This document shows, piece after piece, positions 13,835 through 27,169 of a stretch of 64,000 nt of DNA. A program made the translations under genes and the position numbers. Below the pieces are notes generated by a model that saw only the letters and a program-made list of their open reading frames with translations, did no database searches and was not told the DNA's origin. Position 1 is the first letter of the stretch. Every line of letters begins with the position of its first letter. Source of the stretch: Octopus vulgaris (taxonomy: Eukaryota); the NCBI GenBank assembly GCA_951406725.2, contig OX597821.1, positions 64,108,001 to 64,172,000 of the forward strand, in the 5' to 3' direction.

Positions 13835-14167
13835 GACGTCATCAATGTTTTGACCAATCGTTTCGTTAGGTGGCTTTAATCAAGTGGAACGGGACGTCAT
13901 CATTATTTTGACCAATCGCTGCATTATAACTCCCTCTTGTTTGTTTCCTGTCTTGACCAGTCGCTTCGTTAGTCAAGCATAGCGGGACGTCATCCAGATT
14001 CTGCCCAATCACGACTTATAGCTACATTAGATCTGCCCCCTGTCTGTACTTGTTAGGTGACTATTCAAGCAGAAAAGGACGTCATCAATATTCTGACTAA
14101 TGACTGTCCCCTGTTTGTATCCTGTCCATTCTAGCAGAGCTAGACGTCATCAACTTGTTGACCAATC
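13835..14167 (+). promoter_or_regulatory. Five GACGTCATC-N7-TG(A/C)C(C/T)AAT modules (CRE/ATF-like + CCAAT)
   Basis: Modules start at 13835, 13893, 13986, 14078 and 14143; the second motif starts 16 nt later in every case. Function is inferred. Confidence 0.5.
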
Positions 14168-14334
14168 AGAATCGGGTCTGACCCTTAGCTGTATCGTATG
14201 TATCAGGGTCAGATTTGCACGAAAGAATTTTTTTCCTTTTTTACTAAGGCATATTTCCGTCAGAGTGAGTGTCTGTTTGAAGTAGCGGCCGTGGTGAAAT
14301 TTGGTTCTCTTTTTCGGAGGACTTATCTTTTGTT

Positions 14335-15309
14335 TTAGTATTCCTGGCCCAGGGTGTTTAAACTTGGTCTAAATTTTTTTATGAAATATAGTTCTTTATT
14401 TTGGCGTTGTGTGAAGGTTGCGTTGTCACTGAATTTATAGAGCGGGTTAGTTGTAAATTTCGGATTTACATTTCCAGCACATCTATCTATGTGTCCGCTG
14501 ACCGGTATTTTGCGGTAATCAGGGTTTCTAATTTGTGATTTATGCACCGCCATCCTGTTACGTAAGCTATTTTTTGTATGGCCTATATACTGCCTATTGC
14601 AGCCTGCGCATGTTATGACGTAAATTAAGTTTTCTGATGCGCAGGTGAAGTTTGTTCTAATGGTGAACTGGTGGCCTTGTTCCAGTATAAATTCTGATCC
14701 TTCTTTCAAGATGACACAGATTCCGCAGTTGGGCCTTCCACATTTTCTAACTGCTGGTTTTGTGGTTGATGTTGAGTGCAGTGTAGCTTGGGTTAAAATC
14801 CTTTTCAATGATTTTGGTTGCCGTTTACTTTTAATGATGGTGTGTGTTTCGAGGATCCGGTTCATCTTTGGGTCTCCCTTTAGTAGGGCTGTGCTTTGTA
14901 GTATGGTGTTGAAGGCCTCATTGTTGAGTGGGTTGTGTGTAGAGATGTAGGGAAGGGTTTTTAATTGTTCTTTCTTTTTTGGTTTTGTTTGTCTCAGGTC
15001 TTCTATACTTAATTTAAGTACCCGTTGGATTGCACTGTCTATTAGGGGCTGTGGATAGTTTCTATTTGTGAGTGTGGTTCTAAGTTCCTGGAGACGTGTG
15101 TGTCGGGTGTTTGTGTCTGAAATTATGGTGCAAATCCTTCTAGCTAAACAAAAAGGGACATTCATTCTAGTGTGTCGTGGGTGGCATGAATCAAAGGGTA
15201 GGTACTGTTTAGAGTCTGTCGGTTTATAGTAGATATCTGTCTCTATTTTGTTGCCGGTTTTCTTAATGAGGATGTCTAAAAATGGTAATTCTTTTTCGTT
15301 GTGGTCCAT
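14335..15309 (-). CDS. Penelope-like polyprotein C-terminal part: RT palm/thumb + GIY-YIG endonuclease
   Basis: LPFLDILI, YYKPTD..YLPFDSCHP, CxxxxCxxC linker, LIYVITC..C...YIGHT, C-terminal R..KELYFI....LN; 324 codons open, 5' end missing. Confidence 0.93.
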   Translation of the reverse strand: MDHNEKELPFLDILIKKTGNKIETDIYYKPTDSKQYLPFDSCHPRHTRMNVPFCLARRICTIISDTNTRHTRLQELRTTLTNRNYPQPLIDSAIQRVLKLSIEDLRQTKPKKKEQLKTLPYISTHNPLNNEAFNTILQSTALLKGDPKMNRILETHTIIKSKRQPKSLKRILTQATLHSTSTTKPAVRKCGRPNCGICVILKEGSEFILEQGHQFTIRTNFTCASENLIYVITCAGCNRQYIGHTKNSLRNRMAVHKSQIRNPDYRKIPVSGHIDRCAGNVNPKFTTNPLYKFSDNATFTQRQNKELYFIKKFRPSLNTLGQEY

Positions 15310-15318
15310 CGTGAATTG

Positions 15319-15357
<39 letters not shown>

Positions 15358-15363
<6 letters not shown>

Positions 15364-15641
15364 GGTTTGAAGGTGATGTACAGGTCTATATATTAGAAAA
15401 TATAAGGTACGCAGAAATCTGGATGGTTGTACATTTACAAATTTTTATTAATGTGTCACAAATTTTATAAATCATATATTTGCGCTTGCATCTACTCTAG
15501 TAGATTCTTCAGATTTGAAGAATCTACTAGAGCAGATGCAAGCGCTAATATATGATTTATAAAAACATGTGACATATTAATAAAGATATGTAAATGTACA
15601 ACCATCCAGATTTCTGAGTACCTTATTTTTTCTAATATATA
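15358..15641. repeat. Asymmetric palindrome in (TA)n with ~120-bp arms; probable Penelope pLTR remnant
   Basis: Arms about 15387-15511 and 15516-15641 around a 4-nt loop. Confidence 0.75.
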
Positions 15642-15858
15642 TATACACACACACTCACATATATATGTCTATAGTTTTGACTTTAAGAATCCTTTATAAC
15701 GTGAGGCATTTACGTGTACTAATATTCCTTAATATAATAAATGTTTTTATATTTGAAGAAACTAATTATATATTATGAATAAATTTTTCCCTTAAGTGCT
15801 TTTTCACGCTGGCTACTTGATAAATTCTTATAGAGATTTTATCCTTATATTTAAGATA

Positions 15859-15913
<55 letters not shown>

Positions 15914-16002
15914 CTCTTTCTTTGTTGTTTAATCTCTTCTATTTTTCATTTTTACTTTATTCTTACATTTTTTTCTTTTTATTCTTTTATCCCCACCTGG
16001 AC

Positions 16003-16222
16003 GGGACGCCGGTCCATCGCAGGTAAGCTGCAAGATGCAGGAGGAAAGAGTGAGAGAAAGTTATGGCGAAAGTGTCAACAAAAGTTCGCCATTACCTTCT
16101 ACCGGAGCCGCGTGGAACTTAGGCGTTTCGCTCCTAAACACACATATCGCCCGGTCGGAGATTCGAACCCATGATGTCTCGACCGCAAGTCCATGCTCTT
16201 ACCACTAAGATATGTGCCCCCA
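16003..16222 (-). mobile_element. SINE family B variant
   Basis: gagtgagagaaagtt...ggagccgcgtgga...taaacacac matches the B head and body. Confidence 0.7.
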
Positions 16223-16233
16223 CACACTCTACC

Positions 16234-16268
<35 letters not shown>

Positions 16269-16311
16269 ATGTGTGTGTGTGTGCGCGCGCGCGCGCGTGT
16301 GTATATATATA

Positions 16312-16544
16312 TTGGTAAAAACGGTAAGATAACAAAAGAAAGAAAGAGACCTTGATATTGTGTAAATAGAGGAATTTATCTGTAAATGTAATATGTGACA
16401 ATTATTCGGTAGCCAAGATAAAACTCTGAGTTTTGGATGCGGTGGCTGGATAACTGAAGAGATGGTGGCGTGGATTTCCACCTCGGCATCCGAAACTCAG
16501 AGTTATATCTTGGCTACCGAATAATTGTCACTTATTACATTTAC

Positions 16545-16549
<5 letters not shown>
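16312..16549. repeat. Asymmetric palindrome in (TA)n with hammerhead-like core
   Basis: Arms 16377-16440 and 16486-16549; CTGAAGA at 16454 and GAAA at 16492. Confidence 0.75.
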
Positions 16550-16578
<29 letters not shown>

Positions 16579-16767
16579 GTAACAGACACAGAGGATATAT
16601 ATACACACATATATACATATACATATACATATTTATATATATATATATGTATATATATATATACATGAATTACAGTATTAATTATCGCTCAATAAATTTA
16701 GCCCTACGCTGTCGTTTCTTGAAAAGAGTCCACCTCTATAATTTGTCATTACCTATATATATATATA

Positions 16768-17570
16768 CTAGCAGCATAGCCCGGCGTTGCCCGGGTATGT
16801 AAGAGCCCCTAGTAGGCAACGACTAATCCCAATCTAGTCCTTTCCCTCTAGGGAACGAAGGCGCATGTGTAGGTTGCAATGTCTTCTCTTCACTCCCAAA
16901 TAACTATCAAACAGCTATCGATAATTCAACCCAACCAATTCCTACCAGGAAGAAATTACATTCAAGACTTTACCCCCAACTTTACCGTCACTTCTGCTAG
17001 TAACTGCTGCAGCCGCAAGTTATTCGAATACTTTTTTGTGTACACTTTCTTTATAACTACCACCCCAAACGTTTTACCTGAAATTTTTGACGTCCCCTAA
17101 GGGTCCTCGGACGCTACTTGCAAACTCTTGGTTTATTATAAACCGCTTTTGTCGTGTGCATCAAAAAACCTTTTCTATTCGTTTGTTCAGTTTGGTCACT
17201 TTTGACTTTTTCGTTGTTGTCACTCACATTGCTGCCTGCTTTTTTGCCGTTTTTGTACATTTTAATACATTTTGGGATACTTAACCCACGTGTTCCGAAT
17301 GTTAAAAAGGTCGAGTTGCGTCCCCTAGACAGTCTGTAGAAAATGTGTTGCATATAAAAAGCTTAGATTCACGACCCATGTCGAATTTATCGATTTTTTT
17401 TTCAGAACTTTTCAGAACTATTCAAAATTTTCGCTGCGTTAGTTTTGAATTATGACATTGGGCTATGTGTGTGTCAAGTTTCATCAGAATCGGTTGAAAG
17501 CCGTGGTCAGGGTGAGGGTACAACCTGACAGACACACAGACACACAGAAAGACAAACTACCGTTTATATA
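16768..17570 (-). mobile_element. Non-autonomous Helitron
   Basis: 3' cccgggcaacgccggg hairpin + CTAG|T; 5' ~250 bp shared with 3005-3386; the exact 5' end is blurred by (TA)n. Confidence 0.8.
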
Positions 17571-17729
17571 TATATATATATACATACATATACATAGAGA
17601 CATACATAAATACATACATACATACATTACATTCATTACATACATACACACATACATAGATACATACATACATATATATATATATATTTACATACATACA
17701 TACATACATACATATATACATACATACAC

Positions 17730-17800
<71 letters not shown>

Positions 17801-17867
17801 TAATGACAAATTATAAAGAAACGACAGCGTAGGGCTAAATTTATTGAGCGATAATTAATACTGTAAT

Positions 17868-17945
<78 letters not shown>

Positions 17946-17974
17946 GTATATATGTGTGTATATATATCCTCTGT

Positions 17975-18178
17975 GTCTGTTTGTCCCCCCAACATCGCTT
18001 GACAACCAATGCTGGTGTACTTACGTCCCCGAAACTTAGAGGTTCGGCGAAAGAGACAGATAGAAATACTAGGCTTACAAAGAATAAGTCCTTGGGTCTA
18101 TTAGCTCGACTAAAGGCGGTGCTCCAGCATGGCCACAGCCAAATGACGGAAACAAGTAAACGAGTAAAAATGTAAAAG
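17975..18178 (+). mobile_element. SINE family A, 3' half
   Basis: gtttgtccccc...ctccagcatggccacag...aaacaagtaa. Confidence 0.85.
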
Positions 18179-18294
18179 AATCCTGCGACGGACCGGCACC
18201 ACTGAAACCGAAAAACCGGCCTTTATGAGTCGGCATGACTCGGGAAGGTAACTTACTCACATGCCGGCTCCTATAATCTATGCATGTACCTAAG

Positions 18295-18800
18295 TAAATA
18301 AATAGAAATGGGCCGGATATAGTAGCAATGGAGGCACCAGTGGTGATTTTTGGTGATCTTGAGTATATTCCTTTCATTACAAAATGTGGGATTTTGTTTG
18401 TCAGGAAACAATTCATCAACTACAGCAGTTTTCATGCATTCCAATATTGGAAAATTTCTCCAACAGAATTCAGAGGTCGACTGTGTTGAACGCTTTACTG
18501 AAGACAAGATAAATGGCAACTGGATTTGGTGACCTCTCTCAGAGCATTTCGCAGGCCATCAAATTGATGCAGAATCTGTCTTAGGGAGACATGCTGACAT
18601 TCTCAATCTGAAATTACAAGCTAAGTTAGAATAAGAGAACAAAACCTGAGATAACCATTTTAGCGAATCTCAAAATAGATGTGATACAATTTCAAGAATT
18701 AACCTCTCTAATTTGTTAATATGTTTAGAGGATAAATCTGATCTTTTATATTATTTATCTAAATGCTTTTCATTGGAATACCAGCCTCCTCGATAGGATC
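18295..18800 (-). pseudogene. Decayed CR1/L2/Jockey-group LINE RT fragment
   Basis: AIYLVFSKAFNTVD..ILLEKF and CFLTNK...KGIYS...ITTGAS..TISGPFLFIY match YLDFSKAFDTV and SGVPQGSxLGPLLF. Confidence 0.75.
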
Positions 18801-18874
18801 ATGGCGTTCTCAATCTCTTTGTTCGACAAGATAAAGTCTCGGTTTGAATTTATCCATGATATTCTTCCTATTTG

Positions 18875-19075
18875 CTTCAGTCATTTCACTGCGGTCATGC
18901 TGCAGCACCGCCTTTAGTCGAACAAACAGACCCCACGACTTATTCTTTGTAAGCCTAGTACTTATTCTATCGGTCTCTTTTGCCGAACCGCTAAGTTACG
19001 GGGGCGTAAACACACCACCATCGCTTGTCAAGCGATGGTGGGGACAAACACAGACACACAGACACACACACACTC

Positions 19076-19133
<58 letters not shown>

Positions 19134-19272
19134 ATATATGTATATATACGACGGCTTCTTTCAGTTCCCGTCTACCAAATCCACTCACAAGGCTTTGGTC
19201 TGCCCGAGGCTATAGTAGAAGATACTTGGCCAAGGTGCCATACAGTGTGACTGAACTAGAAACCATGTGGTT
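18875..19272 (-). mobile_element. SINE family A, head truncated
   Basis: Homology to the other A copies. Confidence 0.85.
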
Positions 19273-19274
19273 CT

Positions 19275-19856
19275 AAAAACCTTTCTTAAACTCGAGCTCT
19301 TTAAAAAGACGGTTATGATGACTTTTTGGTGGCGTACTGCTGGACTCATCCACTATAACTTCTTTAAACCCGGAAAAAACATTACTACAGAAACATATTG
19401 CCATGAAATTGCCAAAATGAACGAAAAACTTCTACTCCTCCGTCCCAGGCTGGTCATCAGAAGAGAGCTACTCATTTTTCATGACAATGCTCTAACACAC
19501 ATTTTACTAATGATGCACCAAAAGCTGAGGAAACTTAGCAACGAACTTCTTCTCAACCCAACATATTCTTCAGACCTTTCTCCTACCGAATACCACTTTT
19601 TCAAGGACCTTGATGGTTTGCTGCGAGAGAAGTAGTTAAAAAATGAAGCCGATGCTGAAAGTATGTTCAAGGATTTCCTCAGCTCCAGAACTCCTTATTT
19701 TAAGTTACCACAATAAACAAACTCGTAACTCATTGGCAAAAATATGTTGATTTTAATGGTACACTTACTTTGATGAATAAAATTTCCGCTTTGTTGAAAT
19801 ATATTGTTATAAATTCTATGTTTCAAAACATTGTTTACTTCTTAGTTAGATATAAT
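19275..19856 (+). mobile_element. Mariner transposase 3' fragment with right end
   Basis: VMMTFWW..GLIHY, HDNA, YSSDLSPTEYHFF (YSPDLAPxDY), KLVTHWQKYVDFNG; in-frame stops. Confidence 0.9.
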
Positions 19857-20751
19857 ACAATAACGTTTACTTCTTAGATATAATACAATAAAGTTCTAAG
19901 TGTAGAATATTAATATCCAAGGGTTTCTTACTCAATCAGTGATTCCATACCATTTCGATAGCAGACGTCGTTATCTGTTTTTCGCGTGGCTGCATCTTCA
20001 TTACGCGATACGAGAGCAAGATCAGATAGGAACTACACAACACTGGCTCCAGTTCACCGCATATCTCTAACAGAAGGGGGAAATGCCACTTCAAGGAGTT
20101 AATAATTAATTGCAGTCGGATAAAGTATGCATATTGCGTTTGTCATAAATAATGTGTGGCTTTATTTTCATGTTCCGTGTCCTTTTCTATTCGGAAAATA
20201 CAACCCTCATGTTTGGCTTGTGAAGAAATTAGCAATAGCTACTCTCACTGCAAGCTTGTCATGTGAGCTAATTTAGTTACTATCTTCTCACATCAATCTA
20301 CATTTTGCTATCACTAGTTACTTCTTAAAACCTATCATATTTACTCTAATATGTGTGTATGTGTGTATACATACACACACACATTTATACACACACACAC
20401 ACGTATATATATACACATATATTTTTATTTTTATTTTATCTAGTTTCAGCTCACGAGCTGTAGCCATGCTGGGGCACCGCCATATAGTTGAAATTCATAG
20501 AAAAACAAAAGACGAAGACATGTGTACGAACAACAAGCCTGTGTATTAGTTTGATGCTCGGGAAAATGAAAAAGTTATTTACGTTTCGAGCCTATGCTCT
20601 TCAACATAAAAGAATAAGATGAAATAAACAGAGAGAGAATGAAAATGAAAAAAACTTGTAGATTTCGGTGGTCCATAAATATATATACATCTATTTGTGC
20701 GTGTGTGTGTGCGTGTGCGTGCGTGCATGTCTGTGTGTGTGAATGTATGTA

Positions 20752-21255
<504 letters not shown>

Positions 21256-21325
21256 TTCTACCTGGTGCCCCAGAAGGAAGTAAAAGATAATATTGTATGT
21301 GTGTGTCTGTGTGTGAAATATTATA

Positions 21326-21360
<35 letters not shown>

Positions 21361-21364
21361 AATA

Positions 21365-21396
<32 letters not shown>

Positions 21397-21723
21397 AACA
21401 ACAACAACAACGACAGATTCTACTGTCATTAGACGATGTATGAGGATTCTGCAATTTCTTACTAAGCAACCACACGGATGGTTTATTTATTGTGATCAAA
21501 TGCTCTTTATCAAATTGACATAATCTGTACAGTTGCAAGACGTGCAACATGTCATATGATAAAATGATCGCAAAGCAACGTGACATAGAGTGTCTTGCTC
21601 AACGCACGGTCTGCGAATTGAAATCACAATCTCGCAAACGTGAGTGCAACACCTTAACCACTAAGCTATCTGCCTTCAGATAGATAGATAGACAGACAGT
21701 CAGATAGGTTAAAAGGAGGTATA

Positions 21724-21889
21724 GACGCAGGAGTGGGTGTATGGTAAGTAGCTTGCTTACCAACCACATGGTCACGGGTTCAATCCCACTGCGTGACACC
21801 TTAGGAAAGTATTTTCTACTAAAGCACCGGGCCGACGAAAGCTTTGTGAGAGAATTTGGTAGAAGGAAACTGAAAGCAGACCGTCATAC

Positions 21890-21962
<73 letters not shown>

Positions 21963-22103
21963 GGGAGAATTCACAAAAAAACAGACGAAGACAAGTGGTG
22001 TAGACAACAAACAGATGAATTAGTATAACGCTCAAGAAGTGTAGTGGCTAGCGATCTACCATGGCGAATGCCAGACAGAAGGGTCACACGGGAGGGCTTG
22101 GGA

Positions 22104-22138
<35 letters not shown>

Positions 22139-22389
22139 TGTATGTATGTATGTAGGTAGGTAGGTATATGTGTGTGTGTGTGTGTCTATTTGTCCCTCCC
22201 CGCCATCGCTTCACAATCAATGTTGGTGTGTTTACGCCTCCGTAATGTAGCGGTTCGACAAAACAGTCCGATAGAATAAGTACTAGGCTTACAAAGAATA
22301 AGTCCTCGGGTCGATTTGTGCGACTAAAGGCGGTGCTCCAGCATGACCGCAGTCAAATGACTGAAACCAATAAAAAAAATTAAAAGAAT
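21724..22389 (+). mobile_element. SINE family A with an insertion in its internal microsatellite
   Basis: Head 21724-21885, tail about 22180-22389; insert at about 21960-22105 resembles 20490-20570. Confidence 0.75.
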
Positions 22390-22623
22390 ATGTATTTTTT
22401 TTTAATTCACCAGCTTTCGTTGAATATTTATTCCCAATATTCCAGCTTCCATAGCGCGCTAATCTGTTCTTGGTAACCTTTTGTATGATGTTGACGACGC
22501 ATTCACCTTCCAGTAACTTGCCCTCTCCTACTTTCCCTATTTCTCTATATAACTTTCTGTCTCTGCATGTTTCCCTATTTCTAAGAATGTATTTATTTAT
22601 ATAGGTATATAACTATATGTGTG

Positions 22624-22677
<54 letters not shown>

Positions 22678-23123
22678 TATATGTACATTATATATATATA
22701 TATTTATATATATATATGTATGGATGCATGGATGTATGTATGTATTTATACATGCATAGATAGACGGATAGATGGAGACATACATACACACACACACACA
22801 TATATATATACACATATACGTATGTATATATATACATATAACATATATACATGTGTATATATATCTATATATGTATATGTGTGTATACATTATATATGTA
22901 TATGTATTTATATTTATATATGTATATGTGTATATATTATATATGTATATGTATTTATATTTATATACGTGTATGTGTGTATAAATTCATATTTATATAT
23001 TTATATTATGTGTGCATTTATTTATATTTGTATATGTTTTGTGTGCACGTATTTGTATACAAAAACATATATATATATATATGCATACATATATACATTC
23101 ATATATATGTGCATACATATGTG

Positions 23124-23161
<38 letters not shown>

Positions 23162-23291
23162 CATATATATATATATATGTACGTATGTATGTATATTTAT
23201 ATACACTGACATAATATCTGAGTGTATGTGCTTGTGTGTTTATGTACATATACACAATTAAATGTTTGCATATATATATACACACACAAAC

Positions 23292-23330
<39 letters not shown>

Positions 23331-23352
23331 CATACATACATACATACATACA

Positions 23353-23383
<31 letters not shown>

Positions 23384-24532
23384 GCACGCACACACATACA
23401 GATGCGTGCGCGTGTAGAGGTGTTTAGCAAAACAACCACGAACGGCACATACAAATTGATTGAGATGGAATATCAGGTGTCACTGATATTTCGATAAAAT
23501 ACCACATTAAGCTATAATTGTTTCGTGATAAGGCGATTTGGAGCTGCCTCTAAATAAGCTCTTTGTCGTGACAACCATGATAGCGTGGTTATCAATACCT
23601 GCGCTGGCATATTGCTTAATAGATCTAGTATTAGCCTGTCGGGGCAGTATTACAGCTTTCGTATGTGTCGAATATATCTTTTAGTAGAAGCTTAATATCT
23701 CTTTCCTGCGATGCATCCGAAACGTTCTTTTTTTTTCCTTTTTCTTTTCTAAAGATTAACTGCGGAAAAAACAGTTTGGTTCTAGTGAGCTCTTAATTCG
23801 TTTCGATGTTTCAGTATGTTTCTTTATATATGTATGTATTATATGTTTGTTCTTTAGATTTACATATGTGTCTGTGTGTGTGCTTGTATTTCATTTGGGT
23901 TTGTCTGATTGCACAAGAATTAGAAACGGGTCTATTATTGTAAAAAAAAATTAGAGTTTCGCTAAGGTTCCTCACATTCAAATCTTAAGAAATTTTGTAA
24001 AAAAAGCAAAAAAAACAAAGACACGTTAGATATTCTAATCCTGAATATAAGTTACCTCAAAAACTCCCTAAATCACCAAGATTGGGAATACATTCCAGCC
24101 TTAGTATCTTGGATAAGGGCTGAATATAAATTAAATAATAACCACATTTAATGAAATATGCATAAAAATTCTGGCATGCATATGAATTTATCAGAGAAAG
24201 ACTAATTAATTACCTCTCCAACAAATTATTATATTTTTTTAAATGCTTCTTCATATCATTTCGGTATTACTTGAATGCACATAACGGACAAAAAATGTTG
24301 ACCATATCGAGACCCTAGCTCAGAATGTATATGTATAGCTGTGTGTGTGTATGTGTGTGTATATATTTATATATGTATATGTGTGTATATATTCGGTTTA
24401 CCGGTGAGTGTGTTAAATAATAAGGCACTAAAAGAGAATGACTCTCCCCAGACACAACAGAATGTGTGTATATTTATATTTATATATATTTTGTGTGCAC
24501 GTATTTGTATACAAAATCATATGTAGATATAA

Positions 24533-24578
<46 letters not shown>

Positions 24579-24607
24579 TCATATATATGTGCATACATAT
24601 GTGTACG

Positions 24608-24742
<135 letters not shown>

Positions 24743-24896
24743 GTATGTATATTTATATACACTGACATAATATTTGAGTGTATGTGCTTGTGTGTTTATG
24801 TACATATACACATTTAAATGTTTGGATACATATATATACATATATACACACATACAAGCATATATTTACGTACATATATGTGTGTATATATATATA

Positions 24897-25409
24897 TCTA
24901 TATATATAAAACTGTAGTTGTGTGAGTGTCTGTCCCCTTCGATTTAGATTCCTAACTACTCCCACATTTTGCGGTGCAGTTTAACCAAATTCGGGTATCT
25001 TATAGTCGTGATTCATATCGAGCCCGTCTGTGTATTAGCGCGCGTCTACGATGAGTCTACGATTTTAAAAATAATTTAACATCATTTTTTATTCCATTTT
25101 AATGCATAATTTTTCGTGTGTCGATGGCGGCGGAGTTGGCGTCCATGGTCACACCTGCACCTGTTTGCTTCTCCCCCTTCTTCCCTCCCTCGTGAAGCTG
25201 TGGGGAAGGGAGTGTAAGGAAATCAACGTCGTAAAGCGTTGTCAAGGAGACCAGCGTTCTTTTAGAACAACGACTTCATGGCTTGAAGACACCAAAACAG
25301 AAATGGCTAAGAAAGCCCGAATTGGCATCTATAAGGGAAGTAACTCTCTAAAAATGCTTATATAGTTATTTCCCTTACAAACCCGAGCAACGCCGGGCGA
25401 TACTGCTAG
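24897..25409 (+). mobile_element. Non-autonomous Helitron with both ends intact
   Basis: A|TCtatatatataaaactg ... cccgagcaacgccggg-cgatactg-CTAG|T. Confidence 0.85.
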
Positions 25410-25445
25410 TATATATATAAAACTGTGAAGTAAATATATACATAA

Positions 25446-25495
<50 letters not shown>

Positions 25496-25520
25496 TATGC
25501 GCAGGAGTGGATGTGTGGAT

Positions 25521-25880
25521 AGGCGCAGGAGCGGCTGTGTAGTAAGTAGCTTGCTTACCAACAACATGATTCCGGTGCGTAGCATCTTGATCAGGTGTCT
25601 TCTAATATAGTCTCGGGGCGACCAAAGCCTTGTGAATGGATTTGGTAGACGGAAACTGAAAGAAGCCCGTCATATATATGTTTATATGTGTGTATATGTT
25701 TGTGTGTGTGTGTTTGACCGCCAACATCGCTTGACAACCGTAACTTAGCGGTTCGGCAAAAGATCCCGATAGAATAAGTACTAGGCTTCCAAGGAATAAG
25801 TCTTGGGTTGATTTGCTCGACTAAAGGCGGTGCTCCAGCATGGCCGCAGTCAAATGACTGAAACAAGTAAGAGTAAAAAA
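25521..25880 (+). mobile_element. SINE family A with internal deletions
   Basis: Homology to the other A copies. Confidence 0.85.
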
Positions 25881-25882
25881 GA

Positions 25883-26045
25883 GGCTGGCCCTTTGAAATG
25901 CAAGTACATGAGAAACAGGAAGAAAGAGTGAAAGAAAGTTGTGGTGAAAGATTACAGGAGGGTTCGCCACCATATCCTTTAGGTGTTTTCGCTCTAGGAA
26001 TCGAATCCGCGAGTCCGCTGCTCTAAGCACTGGGCCATTGCGCCT
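25883..26045 (-). mobile_element. SINE family B, 5' half
   Basis: ccgcgagtccgctgc..cactgggccattgcgcc head. Confidence 0.8.
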
Positions 26046-26153
26046 CCACGTGTGAATATATATGTTGAAATGGTTAAGAGGTTTCACGCAAGGAAATTTA
26101 TATTAAAAAAACAAATCAAAAATGCTTTGAGAGCTTTGTCATGAAATAAAGAA

Positions 26154-26600
26154 AATCTATTATATAAAATCCGTTCTGTCTGTGTGTGTGTGTCTTCTAG
26201 GATCTCGGGCATTCTCCATCCGATTGCGCTCAAATTTGATATGTAGATACCGACGGTATCAGGGCGTGTATAAGTCTTGAAAAAAATTACAAAAATCGAT
26301 TCCAGGTGAGAATGCGATCGATAAAGCCTTTGTGTTCTCCCAGTCAAAAACCTTATCATTACTGGTACTTTAAAGTCTTCGGTTGCATATTTATGTGAAT
26401 AAAATCGTTTTTCTTTGGAATAGAAAAAAAGTCTATCTTTATTTCTTTTTTTGCTGGTGTCTGAAATTTAGGTTAAATCGGTGTTTCTCAAAGGGGGCCT
26501 ATGGGACGGACGGACAAGTTGTTTTGAGGAAATTTGGTTTAAATGTTTCACAACTCAGCACCGTCCATTGGACGCGGGGCGTTTTGCTCGTATTTACATA
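26154..26600 (+). mobile_element. Helitron-like 5' end; 3' end not found
   Basis: A|TCtattatataaaatccgttctgtctgtgtg..ccgatt....caaattt resembles the 5' ends of the other Helitrons here; right boundary uncertain. Confidence 0.5.
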
Positions 26601-27048
26601 TTTATCAAAATATGCTACCGGTTTCAATTTTTTAAGTCACTTTAGTCATGTTGTGGATGAAACGAAAATAAATTGCAATAAATTAAGCAAGTCTTCCATG
26701 ATGTCACTTTCAGTAGTTCACATGTTTCTTCTTGAAATACTTAAATGATGTTTGTAATTGGTCATTTTCTGATAGATGCTGAGTCGTATATTTCTTTGTT
26801 CTTTCATAACGTTTGCTCTTACAATCTCACGCTAACTATTCTTAACATATTTTTCTTTCGCTCTGGCTTTCATACTATCTATATCTGTCTCTCACTCAGC
26901 AGTTCATCCTGCCTATCACAAACACACACACACATACACACACACACACACACACACATACACACACACGCACACACGCACACACACACTATTCCTAACA
27001 TATTTTATTCAACATTTCCCTCTCCAGCATTCATTTGGACTTTCATCA

Positions 27049-27095
<47 letters not shown>

Positions 27096-27131
27096 CCTTC
27101 TGTCTATTTCTCTCTCTTTCTTTCACACATA

Positions 27132-27169
<38 letters not shown>

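Larger units (their letters stand above)
13320..15325 (-). mobile_element. 5'-truncated Penelope-like retroelement inserted in (TA)n
   Basis: Contains the RT/GIY-YIG ORF and ~1 kb of 3' sequence with a degenerate hammerhead-like motif at about 13410-13455; (TA)n on both sides. Left boundary inferred. Confidence 0.8.

Noticed and set aside
13835-14167. CRISPR-like repeat-spacer pattern
   Set aside because: Repeats are short and split, spacing is irregular, there are no cas genes and the context is eukaryotic.
14645-14950. 101-aa plus-strand ORF
   Set aside because: Antisense shadow of the Penelope ORF.
19965-20102. 45-codon open frame after a possible acceptor
   Set aside because: Weak pyrimidine tract, no convincing donor and no recognisable homology.
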